NCBI RefSeq assembly: GCF_020745735.1
Contig: NC_083415.1
Span: 8,883,731-8,947,730, forward strand
Source: Hemiscyllium ocellatum
Taxonomy: Eukaryota
DNA length: 64,000 nucleotides
Reading direction: 5' to 3'
In this document: piece by piece, positions 25,220-39,460 of the stretch
Layout of the letters: each line of letters starts with the position of its first letter
Numbering within the stretch: the stretch's first letter is position 1
The notes under the pieces: generated by a model
The model's database searches: none
What the model saw: the letters and a program-made list of their open reading frames with translations, nothing else
What the model was told of the DNA's origin: nothing
Program-made: the position numbers and the translations under genes

Positions 25220-26507
25220 GAGAGAGCTGCTTTTGAAACTAACTCCTTGCCTCTTCTCTGTATCCCTTAATACTGTTCATGTCCTATCTCTCTCTTTTTG
25301 TGAACCTAGGAATGTCTTGAGAATGGTACATTTTTACAGGCAGTATAACCCAGTGGGTCTGTGGTCTCCGTAAAGGGAGGAGAGGCAGAGAGTTTGCTGA
25401 AGGACTATAATATGGATTCAGAGGAACTTGCAGAAAGGCTGATGTATCCAACATAGTCCATGCTAAATTTCTTTTACCATCTTCTCTTGCTCGCACTCCA
25501 ACTGCACTTTTGGGTGGATTTTTAATTTGAAATCCAATTGCTGAATTTGTCCCTTTCAATTGATTATTCTCACCAATCTTAATTTCATTTTGTGGTGATG
25601 TCTCACTCATCCTTTCCTGAAAGTGTGGCCAAACTCCTGCTGGCACCATTCCACAGCAGTTCCCTGGCCTCTCTCCAACTCGTCCTACACAGACATGATG
25701 TGATAGTTGTCTGCACTGTGACGGTCACCTGCTGTAGCACACAGCAACCAAGGTTGATCCCATTTTCTGTCCTACCTCGTCCATCAAGAGGCCACTCTGT
25801 TAATGACAAATAATCTCCTTCCAGAGTCCAACACATTGTGTGAATCCGAACTTTGACAACATCACCCCCCCGCTCCCAGCCATTCCATTACAACATATTT
25901 TTATGTTCTTCCTCGTCTGTCTGTCTATCTGTTTACTTTCCCATAACTACATTGATGCTATTTGCATTCTCTATGCAACATGAGGGCAAGTTCACCATTC
26001 TTACCATTTCCAGCATAAGGAACATTCTCCTGAGTTTCTCACTGGATTTGTTAATGACTAATTTGTTTTATGTTGGTAACTCCAATCCCGGCTCCACTGC
26101 CTAAGTAAGATTAGTCCCTAAATTTGCCCTGTTGAATCCTGTGATCATTTTGATGGCTGCTACTATCAAGTCACACGTCAGCCTTCCCACTTCGATGAAC
26201 ATGGACTTTAGATCTAGAACCTGTTTCTCATGTCTCAGTGCCCGCTTGGTGTGTTTACCCACTGACAGGGCTCCATGCAAATATAATTGATGCAAACATA
26301 CAATATATAATGTGCTTAATTAATAGATGACCGTCATTGCACATGGCAATCTAAGAGCAGGGATCCCACCTCTCCCTGTGTGGGGTTGTAGTATGTTTGA
26401 AATTTAATGATGATAAAATATTCTCAAACCAATTACACTCAGTCTGGTGACTTGCATTTATTTTCTGGGTGGGGGTGGAGGTGGAGGTATCAGATTTTTT
26501 TTATATA

Positions 26508-26830
26508 TTCATTCACAGGATGAGGGTGTTGCTGGCTAGACCAGCATTTATTATCCATCCCTAATTCCCCAGAGGTCAGTTAAAAGTCCGTCACATTGTT
26601 GTGGGTCTGTAGGCCAGACCCTAAAGGACATCAGTGAACCAGATGGGTTTTTCCCAATAATTGGCAATGGATTCACGGTCGTTGTTGGACCCTTAATTCT
26701 AGATTTTTAAATGAAACCCAAAATTCCACCATCTGCCATGGCAGGATTTGAACCTGGGTCCCTAGAAGATTACTTGGATTCCTGGGTTAACTATCCAGTG
26801 ATAAGACGACTAGGTCATCACCTCCACATC
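26508..26830 (-). mobile_element. Second tRNA-headed SINE family copy
   Basis: Reverse complement of the 43232 element. Confidence 0.75.
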
Positions 26831-28539
26831 ACCGTGCAGTTCAAATAAGGCATAAAACATCTGAGCTCAAAGGACCTGCATCTCTCATATACAGAAAGTG
26901 TATATATTGTGTACATGCAGATTGATGCTTTGCTGTGGACGCTCAATTCAATGACAAAGTTAACACTTGCACATTTGTACAGATGATAAATTTCCCAGCA
27001 ATCTGTCCTGGAACTCCTAAGCAAAGCTGCAGCGAGCCTGAACAAGGAGAGCTTGTGTTGCAGCAAGGGAGTAAAATGATTGAGATATAAAGGCCAAGGA
27101 GAGCTTGGCAGGTTTGATTTAGACGTGATGTTGAGTTGACTGTAGGGTGAGAGTTACCTTTGGTTTCGGTTGCTCTCATCACTGGTGTAGGAGTGGCGCT
27201 GTAAAGGAATGGATCTGTAAAGCAGCACAGGGATCAAAGAATCCTAGTCACTCCCCATCTGTTGGAAAAGATACCTGAGCAAGGCAGGAGGGAATGGTGA
27301 TGAATGTCATGCTTGATTACATATTTATGAAGAGTTGAATGTGGGTTGGCAGTGATATGCAAAGCAGTAATTGAATCAAGGTGTGCAGATCACACTGGGG
27401 TCCTCAGAATCCTGAGATGAATTGCTTCTCCAGGTCTGACATCTGCAATCCTTTGTGTTGCTGTTAACATAAGGAAAAGTTTATCATTCATTCCAGTCTC
27501 CCCTCAATGCTGCACTTCATAATGGGGCCTCTGCATCATAGTCTAGTAGCAGCACTGTTTAACTTCCCTTTTCAGTTCAGAGATAGGGAAATGGCTTTAG
27601 TGGCAAGTACAAAATCTCTCAGCTGGATTCTGCTCACAATCTGTCATTTTAAAGACTAAAACCTTTTCAAAAAGTTTTTTAAAATGTCTGTATATACTTT
27701 CTCTGTGTATGGTGATAGGATCTGTTACCTAGGGCAAGCTCATTGCTGCCCCCATCCTGTGATTTGTATGCAACTAACAACAGCTTGCATTTAGTTGGCA
27801 CCATTCACATAGTAAAATGTCCCAGGAATGTTGTCAAACAGAATTTTACACTCAGCCATATCAATACATCAGGGAAGGTGGATAACGGTTTGTTTATAGA
27901 TTTAAAGGAGACAAGAGGTACATAGGTTTAGGAAGAGAGCTCAAGCCTCAACCTTACTGAAGAGTCAATGATACATTAGAAATTAGGTTAGATGTACTGT
28001 ACAACCTTAAGCCCAAGATTAATGTGTTGGAATCATGGGTTAAAATCTCACCAAAGCAGTTGGTGAAATTTAAATTCAATTAATGAATCTTGAATGTAAA
28101 GCTCCTCTACGAAGTGAACATAAAGTTAGGTAGGCCCTGACTGCATTCAGTGATTGTTTGAGAAAAGAGCATCTGGTTCAGTGATGTTCTCGAAGGAAGG
28201 AAATCTACTGTCCTGATCTGGTGAGGCCTACACATGACTCCAGAAATGCCCACTGAAGTAGTCTAGCAAGCCACTGTGTTGAAGGCCAGTTCAGATGGTC
28301 TACAAACATCGGCTTTGCCAAAGATGTCCACATCCCATGAAAGCAGTTTTAAAAAAAAGTGTTGAGGCAAAGGTAATCTGAGATGTACAAGAGGCCAGAA
28401 TTTGAAATGTACATATCTAAAGGTTGCAAGATTACTGGAGGTTGCTTCCTGTGGCCCTACTGGAGAGCGAGGGCCTGGTTTTAATTGTTATAAAACCGCA
28501 AACATAAGGCAGAAACATGACATTCTAACTGGAACTCTT

Positions 28540-28808
28540 AGCAACAAACACATTGACTTGGACCCCATTCACCGTCCTCTGAGAAAAAGAACAGGAATTG
28601 ACATCACCACAGGAAATGGCACCACCAACCCAAGGTTACCTAAACACACAAAGAGAAAGTGGGTCAGTAACATTAGTGCTTCACCAGAGACTTACTGATG
28701 ATGTTACCTAGTATGGGTGATGAAACATCTGAAAATGAACCTTCCAGCTCAGTGAACAAACTTACATCCAGAACCTTAACCTGAGCTACAAATCTTCTTA
28801 AAACACTC
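28540..28808 (+). mobile_element. 3' fragment of a family-A-related Penelope element with hammerhead motif
   Basis: Encodes NKHIDLDPIHRPL (compare NKHIDLDPIYRPL near 13555). CUGAUGA U GUUACCU-AGUAU-GGGUGAU GAAA CAUC at 28695-28729. Ends with the gagctacaaatcttct tail, as at 13765. Confidence 0.8.
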
Positions 28809-29799
28809 TAGTAGGACAGAAACATAAAACATTTAAATGATGAACTAGACCCTTTGCTTGACCTCTCTTCTGAAACACCTCTACCCATCTCTTCCCTTCC
28901 TTTTAAGTGAAAGAGGTAGTTTTAACTTTTAGTCTCCTGGTTCTATGCTGCAACTTCTTTATTGCTCCAGATGTCCGCGTATCTGCAGGTCCGCGTATCT
29001 GCGGGTAGGTCCCTACAAATAAAGGTTCAGTGAACTGTGCGTTGAGGCCGAGCCGTGAAGGAGGCAATGTCAAAATCCTTTTCAAGTAAGGGGTGTGGAT
29101 CATTTCTGCCAGTGAAATCTCTCATGCAGACTGATCAACAATTCCAACTGACTACACCTTGCAGTTTTCTCCAACTATAACTTATTTGCTTTGAGTGGAC
29201 TGTTCCTTGGGATGCTGTCAGTCATGGGATGTTTAACGTTGGCCATGCATGCACGAGCCATGTTAGTCACTGAAACGTGAAGGAAGAAAGGTTATGTTTA
29301 TCTCGTGCCCCTTTGGACTTCCAGAACATCCCCTACAAGGGGCTAGATTGAAATGTAATCTGTTGCTCTCTCTGCCAAATGTAGTTGAGCATTTGGGTGC
29401 ATTGACTTCCCCCACCGATGGTACGGAGGTGAACAGGCCAATCGTGTTAGCCGCTGTTTTCATGGATGTTGACAGATATAATGAATGTTGCCCTTTGAAA
29501 AGCCTGTCCTGGTCACCAGCCTTTTATAACACCAAGGAAACCTCTTCATGTCACATGGATAGGGCCTCCATTTTACTTGGTGTTCAAAAGACCGAATGAC
29601 CAAGAAAGGACAACCTTTCTTTTGAAGCCTTTCACCACCTTGAAATAGCTTTAAAATGCACATGCACACATAAGCGTTCTCAATCCTGACTGCCACTCAG
29701 TAATCCCTGCTGGATGTGCCCACACCTTTGTTTGCCCAGGTCTTCCCAAAGAATCTTGCGAAGATGCTGCATCATTCTATTAAGTTTACCCTGCACAGT

Positions 29800-30080
29800 G
29801 GGTTGGCATGGTGGCTCAGTAGTTAGCACTGCTGCCTCTCGGCACCAGGAACCCGGGTTCAATTCCAGCTTCAGGTGATCGTGCAGACTCCATGTATTCT
29901 CTGTGTCTGCATGGGTTTCCTCCCACAGTCCAAACATGTAAGGGTAAGGCAGATTGGCCATGGGAAATGCAAGGTCACAGGGATAGGGTCAAGGGGTAGG
30001 TCTGGGTGGGATAGTCTTCGGAAGGTCAACGCAGACACGGTGGGCTGATTGGCCTCTTTCTGCACTGTAGGGATTTCTGT
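29800..30080 (+). mobile_element. HE1-type SINE, diverged
   Basis: gtggctcagtagttagcactgctgcc...cccgggttcaattcc...gggtttcctcccacagtcc. Confidence 0.82.
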
Positions 30081-31145
30081 GAGCAGCTGTGTTGAATTGT
30101 GGAGCATTCTCCTCGGTGTGGCTCTCTTTCTGTCTCTGTTCCTGTCGTCCTCCTCCTCTCTCTGAAATACCCATCTATGTTCTTTCCTTCCCTTTCCTTT
30201 CAAGTTTATTTATAAACTCCATTCTCTGCTCTCTCTTCCCCTCCCTTGCTGATCTCTGTCTCTCTCTTTCTCTCTCTTTTTCTGTCCTCCATCTGCAGAT
30301 GAAACCAACTAAACCAGAATGTAATCAATTTGTCCTCAAAATCCAAGATCTCCCTGTGATGTCATTCAGTTTCCTTTTTTGTTTAATTTATTTTTTTATA
30401 AAAAGGGTATTACACAGACATGTCCACTTGATCTCAGAGTTATTTTTCAGCAGTTGCTGGTTCATGCTAATTCATGTGTAGAATGTCTAGCGTGACAATT
30501 TATTTCTCCCTCGCTTGAGTCATGTCCTACAGCACAGAAGCTGTGGGACATGACTTTTGTTCCACTTTGTCCACGCCAACCAGACATCCCAATCTGACCT
30601 AGTCCCATTTGCCAGGATTTGGCCCCTATCCCTCTAAAACCTTTCTATTCATCCAGATGCCTTTTAAATATTGTAATTATATCCACCTCTGGCAGCTCAT
30701 TCCATGCACGCATCACTCTCTGCATGAAAAAGTTTCCTCTTGGGTCCTTTTTTTTAAATCTTTCTCTCCTCTGCTCACCATAACCGTACGCCCTCTAGCT
30801 TTGGACTCCCCCACACTCAGAAAAAGACCTCGGTTACTCACCCTATCCATGCCCCTCATGATTTTATAAACCTCTATAAGGTCACCCCTCAGCCCCTGAT
30901 GCTCCAGGGAACAAATGTCCCAGCCTATCAAGCCTCTCCTTGTGCCTCAAACCCTCCATTCCTGACAACATCTTGGGTAAATCTGTTCTGAATCCACTCC
31001 TCAACATCCTTCCTATAAAAGGACAGCCAGAATTGAACATAGTATTCCAAAAGTGACCTCACCAATGTCCTGTACAGCCACAACATGACATCCCAACTCC
31101 TATACTCAGTGTTCTGATCAATGAAGGCAAATGTACCAATGCCTC

Positions 31146-31316
31146 GTTCATCTGATGAAGGGCATCTGGGTGGGTACACCACATGAAAAATTCCTGATGA
31201 AGAGCTAATGCCCAAAACATCGATTCCTCTGCTCCTTTGATGATCCTGACTGGCTGTGCTTTTCCAGCACCATGCTGTTCAACTCTGATCTCATCTGCAG
31301 TCCTCACTTTCTCTTA
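31146..31316 (+). mobile_element. Family-B-like Penelope terminal repeat nested in a CR1 LINE
   Basis: ttcctgatgaagagctaatgcccaaaacatcg...gcagtcctcactttctc interrupts LINE sequence at accaatgcc/gccttcttcacc. Confidence 0.75.
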
Positions 31317-31778
31317 GCCTTCTTCACCGCCCCATCTTCAGGGGACTATGCACCTGCACTCCTAGGTCTCTTTGCTCAGCCACACTCCCCATTAACTGGG
31401 CCCTACTGTATTAGTTCTGCCCTGGTTTGCCCTACCACAATGCAACACCTCACATTTATATGAAGTAAACTCCATCTGTCACTCCTCAGCATGTTGGCCC
31501 ATCTGAGCAAAGTCTCATTGTATTCTACAGCAACATTCTTCACTATCCACTATACAATCTATTTTGTGTCATCTGTAAATTTACTAACCATGCCTCCTGT
31601 ATTCATATCCAAATCATTAATGAAAATGGAAAAAAGCAGTGGGCGAGCACCAATCCTTGCAGCACACTGCTAATCAAGGTCAAAAAAGCAACCCTCCACC
31701 ATCTTCTGTCTTCTACCTCCAAGCCAATTTTGTATCCAATTGGCGAGTTCCCCTGGATCACATACCATAACCTTGTTA

Positions 31779-32120
31779 GGCATGGTAACTCCAGTGGTTA
31801 GCACTGTTACCTCACTGCACCAGAGCCCCAATTCCAGCCCCTGGCACCTGTCTGTGTGGAGTTTGCACATTCTCCCTGTAACTGCCTGGGTTTTCTCCAG
31901 GTGCTGCGGTTTCCTCCCACAGTTCAAAGACATGCAGGTTAGGTGGCTTGGTAATGGGCAATTGCTCATAGTGTCCGTGGATATACAGGCTAGGTCGATT
32001 AGCCATGGGAAATGTAAGATTACAAAGAATTGGGGGTGAATCTGGTTGGAACGCTCTTTGGAGAGTCATGTGGATTCAAAGAGTCGAAAGGCCTGTTTTC
32101 ACACTGGAGAGATTCTATGA
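31779..32120 (+). mobile_element. HE1-type SINE nested antisense in a CR1 LINE
   Basis: Head, V domain and tail present. LINE sequence resumes at gccagtctac. Confidence 0.82.
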
Positions 32121-35100
32121 GCCAGTCTACTGTGTGAAACCTTGTAGAATGTTTTGCTGAAGTTCATAGAGACCATGTCTACTGTTCTGCCCTCATGAAT
32201 CTTCCTTGTTAACTCTTCAAAAAAAATCTCAGTCAAGTTAGTGAGGTACCAACTCCCATGCACAATGCATGCTGACTGTCCCTAATCAGTCCTTGCCTTT
32301 CCAAATGCAGCACCTGGAAGATTCCAGGCGACTAGGCTTTCCCCTCAGTGGGATCTTCAGTGATGCCCAGTGAAACTCGTCACCTGGTGCCATGCATCAG
32401 ATGATACATAGTGATGTCACTAAATGGGCTCGAACAGGGCATTTTCCCCTGGGCCTGGGAGTCTCTTCCTCTGGTTCTAATCTCGGAGTAATGGGCAGGC
32501 CTTTTAGAATTGAAATGAGGAGGAATTTTTTCTCTTAGAGAGGGTTGCAACTCTTTGGAATTCTGTAGGCCAGAGGCTTGTGGAAATTCAGTCATCGAGT
32601 ACATGCAAGACCAAGATCAGCTGATTTCTAGAAATGAAAAGTGCTAAGAGGTATGGAGAACGTATGTTAAAGTGAATGCCAACAACGATTTGAGCTGAAT
32701 CACCTATTCCTGCATCTGTTTGCTAGTCTCTATGTGCACTATAACATTGGGTGGGATGGGGAAGAGAGTCAAGGGAGTATCAAAACATACCCATCATGTT
32801 GATGTTGCTATAGTTAGGCATGTGAACAAGCCCCATGCTTTACTGAGGTCAATGGACTATGGATCAGCTTGTCTGATGTCAAACCATCTGGTAACAGACA
32901 GTGGCCAGTCTGCCTGACCATCACATCTAACCACCGTTCTCTCCCAATGATCTGGTAGCTCCCCAATACAGTATTTTGTTCACATAAAGTACAAATATTT
33001 CAGCCATAATTTTAGCATTGTAATCCTGAGGGGCTTGATGGCTATACCTGTTGGGCTGTTGAGATTCTAGGGGTGTGTCTGGTTAGCTCTTGTATTTCCA
33101 TGTAGCTGAATAAGCAGAAACAACGTCATTAGCTCCTTGATGCTCAACTCTGTCAGGAATATTGGGACTGATCTTGTGTCCAGAGTTTGCAGATACGAAA
33201 CACAATCCTATTATCAAAGCTGAAACCTCCAAATCTCAGCGAATCAATGATAATTACAGCCATTGATCAAACCATTCAGTTTGTTTTTAAAACCAATACT
33301 GGAGTTTTTTTGAAATGCATGTTTTGAGAGATGGATGCCACAATTCCCCTTCGTTTTGTTGAAGGTGGTGATATTATTAGAGATCCCATAAATAGGGCTT
33401 TAGGTAAAGGAATCAAATGTTGATGATATCAGTGAATTGCAGTTCGTGTTTTTTCAAGGATTAAATGTGCCTACCAACTTTCAAATAGTGATGACCACAA
33501 ACAGCTGGGAGCCAGCCTCTGAGTCAGAATGTTGTGGGTTCAAGTCCCACTTGAGCACAGCATTTTGGCTAACACTTCAGCCACAGTTGCCCTCTTGTGT
33601 AGTTGCAAACAATTCCATGTATATGCTTGGAAAAAGAGCACTGGAATTCTTTCCAGGTTTCCTGATCAATAAACATCCTCAAAGGAGCAGCACTGGTGGA
33701 GTTTGTCTGGTCATTATTTAATTTCTGTTTATGGGATCTCGCTGGGGTATAAATTGGATACAGTAGTGACTGTGTTTCAGTATTTCAAACATCATGAAAA
33801 AGGCTAAGCAGGAGTTGAGGACTTTTTCACTCAAAGGGTGAGGGGGACCTGTAAGTACAATAACTGACAACTATGGATCAAGCACTGCCCTTTGGGATGA
33901 GGCTGGATGGCCATCTGCATTGTAACAGGGCAAGCTGGGTTGTGACCTCCCCCTGTACATTTCTGATTCTGAGACCTGGACACCCTCTACCTGGTCACCT
34001 CCCTTGTGTTTAAAATCGATTTCAAAATGTACTCCAGCCTACAGGATTACAGATTAAGAGCTGGAATGTGAGATTGGTTGGTGATTTTTTTTTCCCCTAC
34101 AGCATGCTTCCCACCCCCACCCCAGCTGGCAGTTCCAGATGAATGATGACAGTCCTGCAGAATTGTGTGGAACAGAGATGAGGTTATTGTGACTGTGCCA
34201 GCTTTAAAACACAGTATCCACTTTGTCCTGTTCCCTAACCCATTGTGTTCATATTATACCTGGGCAGGTACCTTCGCTGAAAGGTCAGGGAGGGGACTCC
34301 AAGGATTAAGTGGTGCAAAAAGCCAGAATGGATTTGATCTAAGCCCTGTCATTTCGGGTATGCCAGTGGGAGCCAAGTGTGCTGGGCTTGAGTCAGACTA
34401 ACCATTATTTGGTTACCAAAGGTTATTTGAGGGTTGGTGCCTGTCTCTGTGTATGGACTCACCCAGCCACATCCCAATTAAGAAATATGCAGCAGTCAAA
34501 TGAATGAAGAAATGGGCTTGTAAAATGTTTGTGCACAGTGTCAGTAAAAATTTTTTTTAAAAAGCTTAAATGTGACTGACTCTATGCTGCTTCTCTGCAT
34601 TGAAGTGAACTCCTATTTGACCGAGGCCTTGGTCTGTGCATCAATGTACCTGTAGCTAGAAGGGGTTGAGATGCAGTGACCACCTTGTCCACCACCTAAC
34701 AAGCCTCAGGATTAGCAGAAGTGAATCTATTCCCTGGCATATAATCCCTCAGAGCGAAGAGAAATGAATATATTAGACAAGGCTTTTCTCAGGCATTCAA
34801 TGCTAAATTGTGCTGTACCCTACGAGGAAGTGAAATTCTATTTTCAGGAGCTGGCAGAGAATGTTTTTCTTCCCCAAAGCTCCTCTCCGTTCTTGAAGAG
34901 TCTCCCAAAGCCCTGACGAAAATGCAGTGAGCTGACCTGAGGAAGAAACTGCTGGCTGAGAGACGATAAATGAAGTTGTACACCCAGCCAACAGTGAGTC
35001 AGCAGGGAGTCAACCATCGGAATGTAAATGAGCTCTCTTTACTGTCTCACCACACAGAAAGCTGTCATTAGTCTGGATTAGATTTTCATCAAATTTAGAC

Positions 35101-35853
35101 AGTTGATGGTTTTAATACCTGATATCTGCCACACTGGCTCCAACAGCTGTACAGTCGCAATGGGATAGGATTGTTTGGGAATGGACTCATATCCCTGGCA
35201 TTAGGGAATTGTTTTAATAACCATTTTCCATCAGCCGCAAAAAGATTCAACCTTGTGAGGGGATCTGGTGCTGAGGGTTTTGTGAAGGAGCAGGTGGGAC
35301 CAAGAGGGCCGAGTTATAGAAAGCTGATCTTTTTCACTTTTCTCTTTTACTTTCCAGCATCTCTTTCTCTCCATGTCTTTTTCTCTGTCGTTTTTTAATT
35401 CTTTCTTTCTCTTTACCTCCCCCTCATTTTACCTCTTGCTTGTTTTTCTTGCTCTTTCCCTAACCACCCCCTCCCCCCGCCCACACCAACTTCATTCCTA
35501 TCTTTATTTTCCCTTATCTCTGTCACCAGCTTGATTTTCATATCTCTTGTCTCTTTCACTAATCTTTGTCCAAAAGGCAGATGTAAAATAAAGCCTTTTG
35601 AAAACGCTTTCAGTGATCTGTGGGGAGGGATTTTGATGAGGATTGTCAGAATCCATAACTAGAAACTGTGTAAATAACTCTTCGGCTGGAGAAATATTTG
35701 ACACTTGGGGAAAGAGGTCTTGGTGATTTGGCAGCAGGGTGAGAAGATGGAGAGAGTTTTTGTTGATAGAAGCCTGTTTGACATAAGGCGGGAGGAGGTA
35801 TTTCCTATATTGACTGCATTGGGCTGAATTTGCTGACTACCTCCGAGGTATGA

Positions 35854-35945
35854 GCTGAAAATGTGTTGCTGGAAAAACGCAGCAGGTCAGGCAGCATCCA
35901 AGGAACAGGAAATTCGACGTTTCAGGCATAAGCCCTTCATCAGGA
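35854..35945 (-). mobile_element. Solo family-B Penelope terminal-repeat fragment with hammerhead motif
   Basis: Minus strand of 35913-35946 reads UUC CUGAUGA A GGGC-UUAU-GCCU GAAA CGUC GAA. Flanked by ACCTCC(G/C)AGGTATGA at 35839-35853 and 35946-35960. Confidence 0.85.
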
Positions 35946-37934
35946 ACCTCCCAGGTATGAACTATTATCAATCCGAGTTGAGGGATCTAGAGACCAGTCT
36001 CTTTCTCTTTCACGTTGATGCTGACCTCACTTCGAAGCCTGGTCAGCTTTGCCCAATCCAACAGGCCAGTGTTCCAATCTCAATGAAGACAAATGATGGA
36101 GATCACAGCGGGTCAGACAGCACTCATGGAGAGGGAGCAAGCTAATGCTTTTGAGTCCAGATGACTCTTCGTCAGTGTGATCCCAATGCCTGCTTCTCAT
36201 TGCAGATGTTTCATAACTTGCGATATAAAGTGGCCTTGAAAGTGGCTTGATGGCCGTATAAATGCTGGAAGCTCCAAAGACAAAAATCCAAAGGAGAGAC
36301 GGACAAGTATTCTTGGTCAGAACAAAATAATGGTTGTACTTTACCTATGATAGGAAACCCAGATTTGAGCAGAGGGGAATGTGTATCTGCACACAGTGCT
36401 TATTGGGGCCTTCTGCAGTTGGGTACACCAGTGACTCTCGGTGATCGAGTTGGTGGAAAATGCAAAATGTTGTTGACATTGTGTGACCATCGTCTGTTTA
36501 TTTGAGAGTTAGGATTATTTATCCTCTGTTCTATCCCTGAGTGAAGTTGTTGATTCACTGTGGCACTATCTCCTCCAGCCTGGCATCGATCCTCCAGCAT
36601 GAGGCAGTAGTCAGCATTCACCAATGAGAGTCCTGGGGGTTTCTTTCACCTACCATAGCTGCAGTAGATTAGATATTTACCCACCCTTGACATGCTCCCA
36701 CTGGGGTGAGACCAGGAGGGAAAAGCACCCATGACTCTGAGATGACAATGCCTTAAACATGGTATGGATGGACTCACAGGAGGATTTAGTAATCTGGACA
36801 TTCGACCAAGTGAACACCCCTACCATGGCCAGTCAAATAGGTAGTGTTCAACACTAGAAAGAGCAATGGATTTCCACAAACTGTACAATATTTCGCACAA
36901 TATCAACCCCAAATTCATCACAAAGGTGGGACTTATTCTCTGCTCACTGGGAATTGGCTGGTGAGGGTTCACATGCTCCACCCTCTAACTAGGATGGAAA
37001 TGCTCCCATTAACTCAAAAGCTACCCTTGCTGTTTAATTGCTGAGCTTAATTCAGAACAGCCAGGAGTTATTTTCAGCAGTGTAGTTACACACATGATAG
37101 GTGTGGCATGAAGAGGCACATGCTTTCAGAGGAATATTTCAAATAGGGCAGCAATGCTCGTGGACAGAAAGGGTCTACAACTGATGTGGGGCTGGTGGGG
37201 TTCATGTCATATTGAGGGATAAGATCAGCCCATGACCACCGTCCCACAGCCCTGTTTGGGTTGAATAAGTTGCTCTGAGAAATGAATGTGTGGCTGAGAA
37301 AACTGGGGCTTGAATAACCCTGGGTCTTTGCCAGAGATGGTGAGAAGCTAAGTCATTGGGTTTGTGAGAATTAATATGCAGAATGTGATCCGTATACAGA
37401 TCTGGATTTTAATGAGTTCATAGTTTGTGTGTGGCTCACCTTCCATTCACTTGTATACTGTTTCAGCATTACGAATATTGGAAGTTCATTCTGATCGAAG
37501 CACTCCTGTGTCCCAGCTATTGTGCTGTGGAATGAATGGGTTAACACTCGTGTTGCTGTTTTTGCGGCTTGTTTATTGGACGTTGGAAGGGGTAATATTA
37601 ACCTAAATTCAATTTTCACGACCTTGCTTGGCATTCAGAGGAACTCTGACTGCCTCGTAAACTATCAGGCATCTATCAGGAGTCCCAGAGGACAAATTAC
37701 TGGTGAAAAATTGAGCAAGGTCTCCTGCTAATTGAATAGTAACAGTGATTAGCAGCTGCTCTCTTCTAATCGGCCAACATCATTCCTTTTCCTTGCCTCC
37801 GTAAGGACCTTCTGTGGAATGCTAGTCAGTACGGCCTGCCTAAATCTGGTCCTCACTACCTCCTTTGGTCATTTCAAGTTTACACATGGGACCTGACCTC
37901 GTCTACTTTGGAGCCCCACTACCCAGCACAGAGG

Positions 37935-37970
37935 GAGAGACAGACAGAGAGAGAGAGAGAGAGAGAGAGA
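37935..37970. repeat. (GA)n/(GACA) microsatellite
   Basis: Direct reading. Confidence 0.9.
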
Positions 37971-38877
37971 CTGTGTGTGTCTGTTTTCACCAGGTGGTCA
38001 TAGGTATGAAGTGACCGTTTTGACCCCAGTTGAAGGGTTTTTTGTTCCAGATGACCGTTTATTAAAACGTATATCGAAATTCAGCCTTAAGCTCTCTTTC
38101 CAGTGTTTAACACCCTCCCCTTCCACTTCTTCTCTTGCACCCCCTCTTCCTCTTCACAAGGTTTCTGCTAACTCTCCTCCTCCCTTTCTTCCTCCTTTTC
38201 ATTTCCATCACCCCCCTAGTCCCCAGGTAATCTAATTTTATATCTGATAGCAGATCCCACTTTCCGACTGTGTTGACTGAATGATTTTTAGCAGTGTGAT
38301 ATTATCCCATGCACTCTGGAGGATTCTAATTGCTAGAGTTTGCATAATCAGACTCCAGGGAGCTGTGATTTGCTATCAGCACTGCAGGACCCAGGATTGA
38401 CACTCGTCTTAGGTGACTGAGCGACCAGCCTGATCCCTGCTGTCTGGCAGAATCGGTATGAAGAACATATAAAGGCATCCTATACTTCAACGGTGGCATG
38501 GATTATTGGCTGTATGGTGAGGACTTACAGCTAATCAAACAGGCTGTCTTTGAAGTGCTCTACTCATGTCATGTCATGAAATCTCATTTGTTTGGAGCAA
38601 TATGTACCAGCAGGAGTACATGCACACAGCGGCATGTTGTAGGTCATATATTCTGCTTCTCCTGTCATGGTATTTTCAGCCTTTTCTCCTCTTTATTTTA
38701 GATGTTTCAGCATTGGAGGTTCAGAGGACAAAAATAGCCATTGGCCCATCGAGCCTGCTCAGTAAGATTTTGGCTGATCAGACTGTGGCCTCATTGCCAC
38801 TGAATGTATTGAGTGACTTGTATTCCCTGCTGTTTGTGAAATGCCTCCTCACTCCAGGGCTCGGTTTTATACCTTGA

Positions 38878-39072
38878 CAAAGTGAGGACTACAAATGCTG
38901 GAAATCAGTCAAAAAGTGTGGTGCTGGGAAAACACAGCCAGTGAGACAGTATCCAAAGAGCAGGAGAGTAGATGTTTCTGATGCAGAGCTTATGCCTAAA
39001 ACATCAATTCTCCTGCTCCTTGCATACTGCCTGACTGGCTGTGTTTTTTCCAGCACCACCCTTTTTGACTCT
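38878..39072. mobile_element. Older palindromic family-B-like mini-element (two inverted terminal-repeat arms)
   Basis: aaagtgaggactacaaatgctgg...gagcaggagagtagatgttt is followed by the inverted ctgatgcagagcttatgcctaaaacatc...ctttttgactctg. Only the left arm has the tail. Confidence 0.75.
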
Positions 39073-39139
39073 GTTTTAAACTTTGCCTGCTCATTCCAGA
39101 TTCGCCCATTAGGGGAAAAGATCCTGTCACATTCATTAT

Positions 39140-39460
39140 GCAGAATCACTGCTAAGCAGAAAGAGACCATTCGGCCCATCAAGTCTATACCAAGCCTCCG
39201 AAGAACATCTCCCCCAGACCCAGCTTATTCCCATAACCCCACGTGTCCTATGGCTAATCTATCTAGCTTGCACATCATTGGACACGACGGTGCAATTTAG
39301 CATGGCCTAACCTGCACATTTTGGACTATGGGAGGAAACCGGAGTGCCCAGAGGAAACCACACAGACGCTGGGAGAATGTGGAAACCAGTTGCTCTAGAG
39401 TGGAATTGAACCTGGGTCCCTGCTGCTGTGAGGCAGTAGTGCTAACCACCGAGCCACTGT
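39140..39460 (-). mobile_element. HE1-type SINE, diverged
   Basis: ggaggaaaccggagtgcccagaggaaacc...gcagtagtgctaaccac. Confidence 0.8.

Larger units (their letters stand above)
30518..32310 (-). mobile_element. CR1/HER1 LINE fragment carrying two nested insertions
   Basis: LRGDLIEVYKIMRG and GELANWIQNWL homologies, interrupted at about 31146-31316 and 31779-32120. Confidence 0.85.
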
